Shown piece after piece: positions 26,616 through 36,695 of a DNA stretch of 64,000 nucleotides; the stretch's first letter is position 1, and every line of letters begins with the position of its first letter. The translations under genes and the position numbers were made by a program. The notes beneath the pieces are model-generated. The model worked only from the letters and a program-made list of their open reading frames with translations, was not told where the DNA came from and made no database searches. Source of the DNA: Polyangiales bacterium (GTDB lineage Bacteria; Myxococcota_A; Polyangia; Polyangiales; Polyangiaceae); assembly GCA_038230375.1 (NCBI GenBank), contig JBBRNJ010000009.1, positions 1-64,000 on the forward strand, read 5' to 3'.

Positions 26616-28421
26616 GTGAGCCTCCGCTTTCTTTCGCGCGCGTGGCTTCATGGGCGAAGGGCCCTGCGCGGCTTGCTGCCCGGCGCGATCGTCGCAGTGC
26701 CGCCGCTGTTCTGGGTGGTCGACGCGACGTATCGCGCATCGCTGACGAGCCTTGGCCGCGACCAGGGCATCTTCCAGTACGTGGCGTGGGCGTGGATGCA
26801 GGGCCAGCGCGGCTACTCGGAGGTGCGCGACGTCAACGGTCCGCTCACGCCGATCGTCCACATGATCTTCCTCCTGCTTGGCGGGCGCGAAGAGCACCGC
26901 TTCCGCACGCTCGACCTCCTGGTCACGGGCTTCGTGTTCGGGCTCGTCGGCGTGTGCTTGCCTCACATCGCGCGGTCACCGCGCCCTGGCGCATGGAAGA
27001 CATCGCGGGAGATGTTCGAGCGCCTTGGCTGGGCCGGCGCCGCGTGGGTCGTGCTGTCGGGGCAGTACCTCATGTACATCTTCTGGGACATCGCCCAGCG
27101 GGAGAGCTTCTTCGACTGGTTCTTGCTCTCGTCGATCGCACTGCAGCTGTACGCGCAAGGTGAGCAGAGCTACGGGACGGACCCCAAGGCTGCGCGCGGC
27201 GTGCTCGCTGTCGCTGGCCTTCTTGCTGTGACCACGTGGTTCGGCAAGCCCACGTACTTCCTCTTCACCCTCACGCAGCTCATCGCACTCGTTGTCGAGC
27301 GCGCGCCCATGCCGCGCAAGCAGCGCCTCAAGTGGTTCGGGGGTGGCGGGCTCATCGCGGGCCTTTTCTGGCTCCTCGTGATGGTGAAGTACGCGGACAT
27401 CGGCACGTTCATCCACATCTCCTCCGTGGACGTTCCGGCGATGTACCGCTTCATCTGGCCGCGCAGTGCGATCGAGATCTTCTCGCTGGAAGGCTACTCC
27501 ACGATCATCGGGCTCACGATCGCGTCGAGCACCATCGTGCTGGGCCTGGTCTTCCGCGGCGACATTCCGCGACGCGCGCTGCCCATCGCGTGCATGCCGC
27601 TCGTCGGGCTCATCTCCGTGATCGCGCAGTCGAAGGGCTTTCCGTACCACTTTCATCCGGTGACCGCGGGCCTGTCGCTCCAGTGGCTGCTCATCGTGGT
27701 GTGGGTGTGGGATCGCGTTCGTCACGCGCGCGGTGGCACCGGTCTCATCCGCGTGGTCCCCGTGCTCTGCGGCTCCATCCTCGCGGTGCGCGTGGCGCTG
27801 CTCATGACGCAGTCGCCGTACATCCAGAACCTGTGGCTCTACGCGAAGGCGAACACCGCGGAGGAGCGCATGCAGCACGACTACTTCGTGTACTTCGCCA
27901 CGAGCGACTTTTTTCCGTGGGAGCTGCGACAGACCGCCACGTACCTGAAGGAGCACACGAAGCCGGACGATCGCGTGCAGCTCTACGGGATGGATCCCTA
28001 TGTTCTCTTCCTGGCCGAGCGCCTGAGCGCAACGCCGTACATCTACGCGTACGATCTGGACGTGGACTCCGCGCTCGCGGGCGGCGTCCTGCCCGAGCCG
28101 CGCGGGCTGCACCCCACGTTTGCGCAGCAGGCAAAGATCCGGGAGATCCGCGACGCGCACGAACAGGATCTGCTCGCGCGGCTCAAGGCAGCGCCGCCCG
28201 CCGCGTTCGTGTTCCTGGACAAGGCGCCGCTCGTCACGTGGCATGACTCCGCGCACGACTTCCAGGAGCACAGCCCCGAGAGCTACCGCTGGATGGTCGG
28301 CGCGTACCGCGAGACCGCGAATTTCAACGGCTGCCACGTGTACCTGCGAAACGACATGCCTGCCACAGAGCTTGCGCCGGTGCCTGCTCAGGCACCCCTG
28401 CCACAGCCTGCATCTCCTTGA
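26616..28421 (+). CDS. GT-C-like integral membrane glycosyltransferase
   Basis: RDQGIFQYVAW..G..Y....D..GP, AQRESF, KPT, FPYHF; many TM segments. Confidence 0.65.
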   Translation: MSLRFLSRAWLHGRRALRGLLPGAIVAVPPLFWVVDATYRASLTSLGRDQGIFQYVAWAWMQGQRGYSEVRDVNGPLTPIVHMIFLLLGGREEHRFRTLDLLVTGFVFGLVGVCLPHIARSPRPGAWKTSREMFERLGWAGAAWVVLSGQYLMYIFWDIAQRESFFDWFLLSSIALQLYAQGEQSYGTDPKAARGVLAVAGLLAVTTWFGKPTYFLFTLTQLIALVVERAPMPRKQRLKWFGGGGLIAGLFWLLVMVKYADIGTFIHISSVDVPAMYRFIWPRSAIEIFSLEGYSTIIGLTIASSTIVLGLVFRGDIPRRALPIACMPLVGLISVIAQSKGFPYHFHPVTAGLSLQWLLIVVWVWDRVRHARGGTGLIRVVPVLCGSILAVRVALLMTQSPYIQNLWLYAKANTAEERMQHDYFVYFATSDFFPWELRQTATYLKEHTKPDDRVQLYGMDPYVLFLAERLSATPYIYAYDLDVDSALAGGVLPEPRGLHPTFAQQAKIREIRDAHEQDLLARLKAAPPAAFVFLDKAPLVTWHDSAHDFQEHSPESYRWMVGAYRETANFNGCHVYLRNDMPATELAPVPAQAPLPQPASP

Positions 28422-28549
28422 GATCTCGCGTGGCTCCGACGGTTCGCGCTCCATCGTGAACGGATGCCACAGGCGATGTCACAGCAGAAATCGCCAAAAT
28501 GCTGTAGAAATAGGGCCGTGAGCAAGCACCCTGTCAGCGAGCGTGGGCA

Positions 28550-31012
28550 ATGACTGTGCATGGCGGCCCGCCAGATCAGGCGCCCTCGTCCACCGGAAGT
28601 ACGGGAAGCACGGGAGGCACCGCAAGCACGCCCGTCGCGGCGCCGCATCAGCCGAGCCTCCATCAGCGGCAGGCTCATTCGGAGGCGCTCGTCAGGGCGA
28701 CCACCTCCGCTGGTACATCGGGGGCGTTCTCGCTTCCGATGCAGAGCCTGACGCCACCGAGCTCGCAAGCGGCTCCGACCAGCAGCCCGAACGTGGGCTC
28801 GGGTGACTGGCCGGATCTTCGCGCGCCGTCGCTCTACCTCAATCGCGAGCTCTCATGGCTCGAGTTCAACTCGCGCGTCCTTGCAGAGGCGGAGAACGAG
28901 CAGGTGCCGCTCATGGAGCGGCTGAAGTTCCACGCCATCGTGTCGTCGAACCTGGACGAGTTCTTCATGGTGCGCGTCGCCGGTCTGAAGCAACAGCTCA
29001 GCGGCGAGGTCGACGAGTTCACTGCCGACGGTCTCTCCGTCGTCGATCAGCTGAACGCGATCTCTTCGCGCGTCCACGAGCTCGTGGACAGGCAGCTCGG
29101 CTCACTCTCCCAGATCCTGCTGCCCAAGCTCGCAGAGGCGGGCTTCGTGCTCCTGAAGCCGGAGGCGCTGCCGCCGGAGTCCCTCGCGAAGCTCGATCAG
29201 CGCTTCCACGACGAGCTCTTCCCGATCCTCACGCCCATCGCGATCGACCCCGGCCACCCGTTCCCGCACGTCCGCAACAAGAGCCTCAACCTGGGCGTGA
29301 TGTTCGCGCGCGAGGGCGTCGTCGGCGTGTCCGCTTTCGGCGTCGTGCAGGTGCCGATGATGATCCCGCGCTTCATCGAAGTCGCAGGCGTCACGCTGGC
29401 AGACGGCACACCCGCGCGGCACGCATTCGTCATGCTCGAGGACCTCATCGCGCGGCATGTCGGCACGATCTTCCCGGGCGCGCGCCTCAAAGGCGTGTAC
29501 ACGTTCCGCGTCACACGCAACTTCGACCTCGAGATCGACGAGGAAGAGGCCGAGGACCTGCTCCAGACCATCCAGCAAGAGCTGCGGCGGCGCGAGCGCG
29601 GCAACGCTGTGCGTGTCGAGGTCTCCGGCGAGCCCAGCGAAGTGTCGCTGCAGAAGCTGGTGAAGTCGCTCAAGCTCGACCCCGAGCGCGACGTATACCG
29701 AACGAGCCACATGCTCAACGTGAGCGACCTGATGCAGCTCACGAACCGCGACGACCGCCGCGAGATGCGCGAAGACGCGTTCACCCCGCTCAACGTCCCG
29801 CCCCTGCGCGACGCGGACGATCTATTCGCCGTCATCCGCGACGGCGACGTCCTGCTCCACCACCCGTACGAGTCGTTCGACCCCGTCGTGGAGCTCATCA
29901 CCAAGGCCGCTGAAGATCCGGATGTCCTGGCCATCAAGCAGACCCTCTATCGCGCGGGCGGTGACTCACCGATCGTGAAGGCGCTCGCGCGCGCGGCCGA
30001 GACCGGCAAACAGGTGACGGCCATCGTCGAGCTCAAGGCGCGCTTCGACGAGGAGAGCAACATCGCGTGGGCCCGCACGCTGGAGCAGAGCGGCGTTCAC
30101 GTGGTGTACGGACTTCTTGGCCTGAAGACGCACGCGAAGTGCATGCTCATCGTTCGCCGTGAAAAAGGCGGGATCCGTCGGTACGTGCACCTTGCAACCG
30201 GCAACTACAACTCTTCGTCGGCGCGCACCTACACGGACGTGGGCATCTTCACGTGCCGCGCGCCCATCTGCGAAGACGCGTCCTCGCTGTTCAATCTGCT
30301 CACGGGTTACAGCGCGCCTCCCAAGTGGAATGCGCTCATCGTTTCGCCGCTCGGTCTGCACGAAGCGGTCCTTGGCCTGATCGCGCGCGAGACCGAGCAC
30401 GCGCGCCAGGGTCGGCCCTCGCGCATCACGGCCAAGATGAACGCCCTGGTCGATCCGGACGTCATCGAGGCCCTCTACCGCGCGTCGCAAGCGGGCGTCC
30501 CCATCACGCTGATCGTCCGCGGCATCTGCTGCCTTCGCCCCGGAGTGCCCCGCGTCAGCGAGAACATCGAGGTCCGCGCCATCGTCGACAGGTTCCTCGA
30601 GCACGGCCGCGTGATGCACTTTGCAAACGGCGGCAAGGACGAGATCTACATCTCCAGCGCAGACTGGATGCCTCGTAACTTCCACCGCCGCGTGGAAACC
30701 ATGCTCCCGATCGAGGATCCGATCCTGCGCGGCCGGCTCATCGACATCCTTGCCGCGTCCGTGAACGACAACGTGAAGTCCTGGACGCTCGGCGCCGACG
30801 GCACGTACACGCGCACTGTCCCCAAGCCGAACACGCCGCTCTTGCGCAGCCAGGTGCGCTTCATCGAGCTCACGCGCGACAAGGTGAAGGTCGCCGAGGC
30901 AGCAGCGCGCCCGTCGAGCCGCTTCCACATGACGCCCACGGCACAGCGCTCCCCGCTCGAAGGAAAGGTGCCCAAGCCGCAGCGCAGGAGGCGCCTCAAG
31001 GCTGATGACTGA
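28550..31012 (+). CDS. ppk1: polyphosphate kinase 1
   Basis: [49 protein letters not shown]. Confidence 0.97.
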   Translation: MTVHGGPPDQAPSSTGSTGSTGGTASTPVAAPHQPSLHQRQAHSEALVRATTSAGTSGAFSLPMQSLTPPSSQAAPTSSPNVGSGDWPDLRAPSLYLNRELSWLEFNSRVLAEAENEQVPLMERLKFHAIVSSNLDEFFMVRVAGLKQQLSGEVDEFTADGLSVVDQLNAISSRVHELVDRQLGSLSQILLPKLAEAGFVLLKPEALPPESLAKLDQRFHDELFPILTPIAIDPGHPFPHVRNKSLNLGVMFAREGVVGVSAFGVVQVPMMIPRFIEVAGVTLADGTPARHAFVMLEDLIARHVGTIFPGARLKGVYTFRVTRNFDLEIDEEEAEDLLQTIQQELRRRERGNAVRVEVSGEPSEVSLQKLVKSLKLDPERDVYRTSHMLNVSDLMQLTNRDDRREMREDAFTPLNVPPLRDADDLFAVIRDGDVLLHHPYESFDPVVELITKAAEDPDVLAIKQTLYRAGGDSPIVKALARAAETGKQVTAIVELKARFDEESNIAWARTLEQSGVHVVYGLLGLKTHAKCMLIVRREKGGIRRYVHLATGNYNSSSARTYTDVGIFTCRAPICEDASSLFNLLTGYSAPPKWNALIVSPLGLHEAVLGLIARETEHARQGRPSRITAKMNALVDPDVIEALYRASQAGVPITLIVRGICCLRPGVPRVSENIEVRAIVDRFLEHGRVMHFANGGKDEIYISSADWMPRNFHRRVETMLPIEDPILRGRLIDILAASVNDNVKSWTLGADGTYTRTVPKPNTPLLRSQVRFIELTRDKVKVAEAAARPSSRFHMTPTAQRSPLEGKVPKPQRRRRLKADD

Positions 31013-32426
31013 CGAGGGTGGTGATCCGGATCACGAGGAGCCGACGCGACCCGACATTCCCGGAGGTCGCGCGCTCGCGACTCGTCTGCTTGCGTTCTGG
31101 GATGGCGGCAGCGAGACGCGCGTCCTGGCCCCCGACGCGCAGATCGTGATCGGGCGACAGGCCGACTGCGACATCCGGATCGATCTGCCGAGCGTCTCCC
31201 GCAGGCACGCGAGCATCCACGGGCACTCGCCCGTCACCGTGCGCGATCTGGGAGGCATGAACGGCGTGCGCGTCCGCGGCGAGAAGATCCCCGTGGGAAC
31301 GGACGTCCCCGTGTTCGAGGGGGACGCAGTGGAGCTCGGCGGCGCGGTACTTCTTCTGCAAGGGCCACGTGGGCCGCGCGCCCGCGACGAGGCCCCGCGC
31401 CATCGCGATGAAGAGCCCATGCAGCTCTCACAGCGGCTCCTTGCGCTTGTTGCACCGAACGAGATCTCCGTGCTGCTCCTCGGCGAGACGGGCGTTGGCA
31501 AGACCATCGCCGCAAAGGAGCTCCATGCACGCTCCGCCCGCGCGCGCGGGCCGTTCCTGCGGATCAACTGCGCGGCGCTGCCAGAGTCGCTGCTCGAAGC
31601 GGAGCTCTTTGGCTACGAGCGCGGCGCGTTCACTGGCGCCACCGCAGCGAAGCCCGGACTGTTCGAGACAGCGGAGAAGGGCACCGTCCTTCTGGACGAG
31701 GTCGGCGAGATGCCACTCCTCACGCAGGCGAAGCTCCTCACCGTGCTCGAGACGCGCGAGGTGGTGCGCCTTGGTGCCTTGAAGCCACGCGCAATAGACG
31801 TGCGGTTCGTCGCTGCCACCAACCGCGATCTGCTCGCGCGCGCGCAGGAAGGCGCGTTCCGTGCGGACCTGTATTACCGACTGAACGGGATCTCGATCGT
31901 CATCCCACCGCTGCGTGAGCGGCAATCGGAGATCGAGGCGCTCGCAAAGCGCTTCCTGCACGACGCGTGTGTGCGCGCGCTGAGGCCGCAGGTGGAGCTG
32001 TCGAGTGAGGCCCTGGGCGTGCTCCTGCGGTATCCGTTCCCGGGCAACCTGCGCGAGCTGCGGAACACGATGGATCGCGCCGCCGTGCTCTCGGAGGGGG
32101 GACCCGTGTATGCGGAGCACCTGCTGTTCGAGCCCGCGCGTGCGCTCGTCGTGAACACACCGAGCAACGCGTTCACGCCGATCAGCCTCTCGAGCCTGGA
32201 GCCGCCGCCTCCAGCGCCCAGCGCCCCCGCGATGACCCCACCCCCGCGCGAGAACACGACAGGGCTGCGAGGACAGGTCGACGCGTTCGAGCGTGATCGC
32301 ATCGTCGCCGCGCTCGCCCAGTGCAACGGCAACCAGACGCGCGCGGCCGAGGTGCTCGGCATCTCACGACGCACACTGGTGATGCGCATCGAGCAGTACC
32401 GTCTCCCGCGTCCCCGCAAGCGCTGA
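31005..32426 (+). CDS. FHA-domain sigma54 enhancer-binding protein
   Basis: GR..SVSRRH..NG FHA domain; GETGVGK, GAFTGA, LDE, PGNLREL; Fis-type HTH. Confidence 0.95.
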   Translation: MTDEGGDPDHEEPTRPDIPGGRALATRLLAFWDGGSETRVLAPDAQIVIGRQADCDIRIDLPSVSRRHASIHGHSPVTVRDLGGMNGVRVRGEKIPVGTDVPVFEGDAVELGGAVLLLQGPRGPRARDEAPRHRDEEPMQLSQRLLALVAPNEISVLLLGETGVGKTIAAKELHARSARARGPFLRINCAALPESLLEAELFGYERGAFTGATAAKPGLFETAEKGTVLLDEVGEMPLLTQAKLLTVLETREVVRLGALKPRAIDVRFVAATNRDLLARAQEGAFRADLYYRLNGISIVIPPLRERQSEIEALAKRFLHDACVRALRPQVELSSEALGVLLRYPFPGNLRELRNTMDRAAVLSEGGPVYAEHLLFEPARALVVNTPSNAFTPISLSSLEPPPPAPSAPAMTPPPRENTTGLRGQVDAFERDRIVAALAQCNGNQTRAAEVLGISRRTLVMRIEQYRLPRPRKR

Positions 32427-32439
32427 CCACGCGGACGGA

Positions 32440-32479
32440 TTGCGCGAAGGCTTGCGCAATTCGTACCGTCGTTGCGCAA
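32440..32479. promoter_or_regulatory. three TTGCGC(A/G)A boxes, candidate enhancer
   Basis: TTGCGCGA 32440, TTGCGCAA 32452 and 32472. Confidence 0.55.
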
Positions 32480-32517
32480 TGCATGGCGCGGATCCCTGGA
32501 ATTCGCGCTCTGCGCGG

Positions 32518-32533
32518 TGGCACGCCCGTCGCA
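32518..32533 (+). promoter_or_regulatory. sigma54 promoter
   Basis: TGGCACGCCCGTCGCA, GG-N10-GC. Confidence 0.65.
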
Positions 32534-32549
32534 CGAGAGAAGATCCCCC

Positions 32550-33605
32550 ATGAGCAACACCGAACCGCCCCCGAGCCGTCCGCCTCCGAAAGAGAGCGGC
32601 ACCATGCCACGCGCGCCGCGCACGACCGACGTCCACGTAGGACGGTTCCGGATCGTCAGACGGCTCGGCGCCGGTGGAATGGCGACGGTTCACCTGGCGG
32701 TCGCCGAGGGGGACGGCGGGTTCGAGAAATGGGTCGCGCTGAAGATCTGCTTGCCACACCTGGCGCGCGATCCCTTTGCGCAACGGCTCTTCCTGGAAGA
32801 GGCGCGCATCGTGGGTCGCATCTCCCACCCGAACGTGGTGCAGGTGTACGAGGTTGGTTTCCACGAAGGCCTCTACTTCATCGTGATGGAGTACGCGGCG
32901 GGACGCTCGCTCCGTCAGGTGTGGACGCGCGTCACGGACAGTGGCGGCAGGATGCCTCCGCCCATCGCCGCGCGCATCATCGCGGATGCTGCCGCCGGGC
33001 TACACGCCGCGCACGAGCTCCGGGACGACCACGGCTCACCGATGGGTGTCGTCCACCGCGACGTGACGCCGCACAACTTGATCGTCACGCACGACGGAAT
33101 CACCAAGGTGGTCGACTTCGGCGTGGCGCAGAGCAACTGCGGCCCCATGGTCCGCGATGCGGGCACCTTCAATGGGAAGATGGCGTACATGTCGCCGGAG
33201 CAAGCACGAGGCGACGTGCTCGACCGGCGCGTGGACGTTCACGCGCTGGGCATTGTCCTCTGGGAACTGGTGACTGGACGCCGGCTGTTCCGCGGCAAGA
33301 ACGACCTGGAGACCATCATCAACGTCCTCGACGGCAACATCCCGTTGCCCAGCTACCTGGTCCCATCGTGCGGAAAATCGATCGACCGCGTGGTGATGAA
33401 GGCGCTCTCGGGCAGCGCAAGCGAGCGCTATTCGACGACACTCGAGCTCGCGCGCTCGCTCTCGGAGGAGCGCCCCTTCGGTGGCGTCGTGGCCACGGCC
33501 CAAGGCGTGGCGGAGTACGTGGACACGCTCTTCCCGGAAGAGACCGCCGCGACGCGAGAGCTGCCCTACGGCGACGCGACTGTGCGACAGGCCGCGGCCA
33601 GGTGA
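32550..33605 (+). CDS. cytoplasmic Ser/Thr kinase
   Basis: GAGGMA, HRDVTPHN, DFG, YMSPEQ; no TM segment. Confidence 0.93.
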   Translation: MSNTEPPPSRPPPKESGTMPRAPRTTDVHVGRFRIVRRLGAGGMATVHLAVAEGDGGFEKWVALKICLPHLARDPFAQRLFLEEARIVGRISHPNVVQVYEVGFHEGLYFIVMEYAAGRSLRQVWTRVTDSGGRMPPPIAARIIADAAAGLHAAHELRDDHGSPMGVVHRDVTPHNLIVTHDGITKVVDFGVAQSNCGPMVRDAGTFNGKMAYMSPEQARGDVLDRRVDVHALGIVLWELVTGRRLFRGKNDLETIINVLDGNIPLPSYLVPSCGKSIDRVVMKALSGSASERYSTTLELARSLSEERPFGGVVATAQGVAEYVDTLFPEETAATRELPYGDATVRQAAAR

Positions 33606-34535
33606 TCAGCGGGCAAGGCCGCACGCAGCCCGCACCTTCGGCGAGGTGAGACGCGGGTCGCCAAGCCTGGTGAGGTCTGCGGATTTCGGGTCCGCGTTGG
33701 CGCGAAACGCCTCGCAAGCGCCCTTGGCCGCGCCGCCCGCGTCGAGCGCGACGTACGCGTCGAGGAGTGCGCGGTGCACAGTGGCGAGCTGCGAACGCGT
33801 GAGGTCCCCGGTGCCCATGAGGCGGTTGCCGCGGGCAACGACGTCCACGTACCGACCACCGCGCAGGTCCGAGAGCAGCGTTGGTAGCTCCGTGTCCGCG
33901 CGTTTCTGCGCGTCGTGCGAGACGCCGGTGCCTTCGCCCGTGGAGCTTGCGCGTCGCGCCTCTTCCTTGCCCGCCTGCGTGAGCTGGAGGTCGGGAAGCG
34001 GGAGCAGGATCACGTCACCAGCCTTCAGCTTGTTGTCGCCCTTCCGCGCATTGTACGCGTCAATGGCCCAGCCCAGGTTTGCGTCGCCCAGGTAGCGCTG
34101 GCAGAGCCCGCTCATCGTGTCGCCCTCGCCAGCGATGTAGGAGAGGACGGCGGGGATCTCGATCTCCTGTCCCTCCGTTGGCGGCACCCATGACACGCCC
34201 TGATTTGCCTTGGCGAGCGTCTCCGCGCGCTTGTCACTACCCAGGAAGCGGAGCGCCAGCTGCGCCCATGTCTCGCCCGCCTCCACGCGATAGTGCCCAG
34301 GCGCCATGATCTCCAGGCGCATTCCTGGCACGATCACGCTTCCGCCCTTTGCATCGAGCGAGTTTGCGCCCACGAGCACGGTCTCCAGCTTCGGGTTGCC
34401 GTATACGCGCAGGGCGATCTGAGCGAGCGTCTCGCCTTGCGTCACCATGTGGATGTAGGCATGCGCCGGCGAGGCAAGCGCAAGCGTTGCGATGCATGTG
34501 CAACCTACAAGTACTCTGCGGGCGACGATGTTCAC
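33606..34535 (-). CDS. secreted multi-LysM protein
   Basis: AHA signal; three LysM-like units (GETLAQIA, GETWAQLA, GDTMSGL). Confidence 0.8.
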   Translation of the reverse strand: MNIVARRVLVGCTCIATLALASPAHAYIHMVTQGETLAQIALRVYGNPKLETVLVGANSLDAKGGSVIVPGMRLEIMAPGHYRVEAGETWAQLALRFLGSDKRAETLAKANQGVSWVPPTEGQEIEIPAVLSYIAGEGDTMSGLCQRYLGDANLGWAIDAYNARKGDNKLKAGDVILLPLPDLQLTQAGKEEARRASSTGEGTGVSHDAQKRADTELPTLLSDLRGGRYVDVVARGNRLMGTGDLTRSQLATVHRALLDAYVALDAGGAAKGACEAFRANADPKSADLTRLGDPRLTSPKVRAACGLAR

Positions 34536-34609
34536 GGAGTCACGATCCCTATAGAGCAAACGTTGGTGGGATGGAACGAGCGCGTACGCCACGCTTTGAT
34601 ATCCTGGAG

Positions 34610-35407
34610 ATGGTGCAACGGGAGCTGACTTGCGAGCGATGCGTGGTTCCTCTGCGCGCAGAGGACGTGGACGTGGTCCGCGACGCCGGGATCTGTCCGC
34701 GATGCGGTGACCTCGTGAGAGGTGCCACCGTGCGCGAGGTCGGCTATCGCGCGCTGGCGTCGTTGCCTGGAGAAGAGGACGCTGCTCCATCCTCCGCCTC
34801 GCCGCCGTCATCTCATCGTGCATCGTCGCGCAGCCTGTCGTGGTGGTCCGAGATGCCGCAGCTGGACGGCGGCGTGTGCGTTCGGGTCACGAGCGACTCG
34901 CATGCCCTCATGCCGAAGCTCTTCGCTGGCCTGCTCTTCCTGCTGCTGGGCACGGGCGTCGTGGGCACTCTGCTCGGCTCGGCCGGCGCGCGGCCGGCGC
35001 CGTTCCTGGTGCTCCTGGGTCTGGGCTGCGCAGTTGGTGGAGGTGTGACGCTCGGCCGCAGCCTCTGGCGCGTGGGCCAGACGGCCACGTTCGTGTTCCG
35101 CGGAGAGGAGATGGTGTACACCGCGGGCCCGACGAGCCGCGCCCTTCCCACGTGCGATGTGCTGCGCTTTCGCCCGCGCATGGCGGGCCTGGGTGCCGCC
35201 ACGATGCGCGTCACGGAGCGCATGTACACGGTGGAGATCGTCACCTCGTCACAGGTGGTGGTGGTGCCGCTGGTGTTGACTGGCGAGCAACGCGTGCACG
35301 CCCTGGCGGCGCGCCTCGATTCGTTGCTGCGTACGACGCAGGCTAGCGCTTACCCTCGTCTCCAAGACGCATCGTCACATCCAGCTGCACCGTCTCCCCC
35401 GTCGTGA
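34610..35407 (+). CDS. zinc-ribbon membrane protein, hypothetical
   Basis: CERC...CPRC, two TM helices; GGAG upstream; 3' end overlaps the convergent kinase gene. Confidence 0.6.
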   Translation: MVQRELTCERCVVPLRAEDVDVVRDAGICPRCGDLVRGATVREVGYRALASLPGEEDAAPSSASPPSSHRASSRSLSWWSEMPQLDGGVCVRVTSDSHALMPKLFAGLLFLLLGTGVVGTLLGSAGARPAPFLVLLGLGCAVGGGVTLGRSLWRVGQTATFVFRGEEMVYTAGPTSRALPTCDVLRFRPRMAGLGAATMRVTERMYTVEIVTSSQVVVVPLVLTGEQRVHALAARLDSLLRTTQASAYPRLQDASSHPAAPSPPS

Positions 35408-36695
35408 TCTCCACCGTGCGCTTCTCTTCTGGAGCATCGGGATGCTTCAGCGTGACGAAGTGTGTTCCCGCGGCCAGTGGCACAGCACGCGCGAACGGCG
35501 TCACCTCGACGCGCTGACCGTCGACCCACACCTCTGCCCAGGGCACCGCCAGCACACGAAGCCCGCCTGCCTCTGCGGGCGAGAGCGGCAGCGCCCGAGC
35601 TCCCGTGGAGAGCAGCTTCTGCTCCTTCTGCGAGGTCAGCTGGATGAGCGCGCCTGCGCTGACAAAGGCAACACCCACCATCGCAAACGCGCCATAAGAC
35701 AGCCATGGGCGCTCCCGCGTCGTGCGGGTGGTGCGGTCATCCAGCCGCCGACCGTCGTCCTTCACCAGCGTCGCCTCGATCAGCGCGCGGCGGATGAGGC
35801 GGGCGTGCGCCTCCTTGCTCGGGCCACGCGCGTAGGGCTCCAGGAGCTCGCGCACGACGGCGGCGTCACTGTAGCGATCGTCGGAGCGACGCTCGAGCAG
35901 GCGCATCACCACGTTGTCCAGCCCGCGCGGCAGCTCCTTGGTGCGCGCCGATAGCGGCACGGGCGCGTCGCGTCGTGCGCGTGAGGCATCGTGCCGTCGC
36001 TCGTCGCCGGCCTTGGCGCCTGCTTCGACATCGGGCCGGAGCCCCGAAAGCATGCGGTAGAGAACCACCCCCAGCGAGTAGAGATCGCTCCGCGGGTCCA
36101 CGTGTTCACCGAGCACCTGCTCCGGAGACATGTACGCCGGCGCGCCGAAGGACTCCTTGTGCAACGTCTCGCCCTGCTCGTCGATCACGAGCGGCTCGTT
36201 CGCGCTCGGTAGCTTGTCACGCTGCGCGATCCCGAAGTCCACGATCTTCACGTCACCGCGCTTCGCGAGCAGGATGTTCTCCGGCTTGATGTCGCGATGA
36301 ACGACGCCACGCGCGTGTGCGTGCTCCAGCCCGGACAGGACCTCGCACGCGATGGCGCACGCCACGTCGACGCGGAGCGCGCGCTTGCGCCGGAGCAGCT
36401 CACGAAGCGAGAACCCATCCACGCGCTCCAGCACCAGGAAGGTACGGCCCGCGCCGTGCTCCGCCTTCTTGAAGTCGATGAGGAGCACCACGTTGGGATG
36501 CGACATCTCGGCAAGAATCCGCGCCTCCCGCTCCAGCTGCGCGGCGAACGAGGACGTCGGTGGGATGCTCGCCTTCAGCGCCTTCAGCACGACCTCGCGC
36601 CCCGTCGCCTCGTGCACCGCGCGATAGAGCGAGGACACCGCGCCGGAGCCAAGGGCGCCTTCGAGCTTGTATCCCTCGAGGCGGACCTCACTCAT
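35343..36695 (-). CDS. Ser/Thr kinase with TM and PEGA-like domain
   Basis: HRDIKPEN, DFGIA, YMSPEQ; PWAEVWVDG..TP..GTH. Confidence 0.92.
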   Translation of the reverse strand: MSEVRLEGYKLEGALGSGAVSSLYRAVHEATGREVVLKALKASIPPTSSFAAQLEREARILAEMSHPNVVLLIDFKKAEHGAGRTFLVLERVDGFSLRELLRRKRALRVDVACAIACEVLSGLEHAHARGVVHRDIKPENILLAKRGDVKIVDFGIAQRDKLPSANEPLVIDEQGETLHKESFGAPAYMSPEQVLGEHVDPRSDLYSLGVVLYRMLSGLRPDVEAGAKAGDERRHDASRARRDAPVPLSARTKELPRGLDNVVMRLLERRSDDRYSDAAVVRELLEPYARGPSKEAHARLIRRALIEATLVKDDGRRLDDRTTRTTRERPWLSYGAFAMVGVAFVSAGALIQLTSQKEQKLLSTGARALPLSPAEAGGLRVLAVPWAEVWVDGQRVEVTPFARAVPLAAGTHFVTLKHPDAPEEKRTVEITTGETVQLDVTMRLGDEGKR

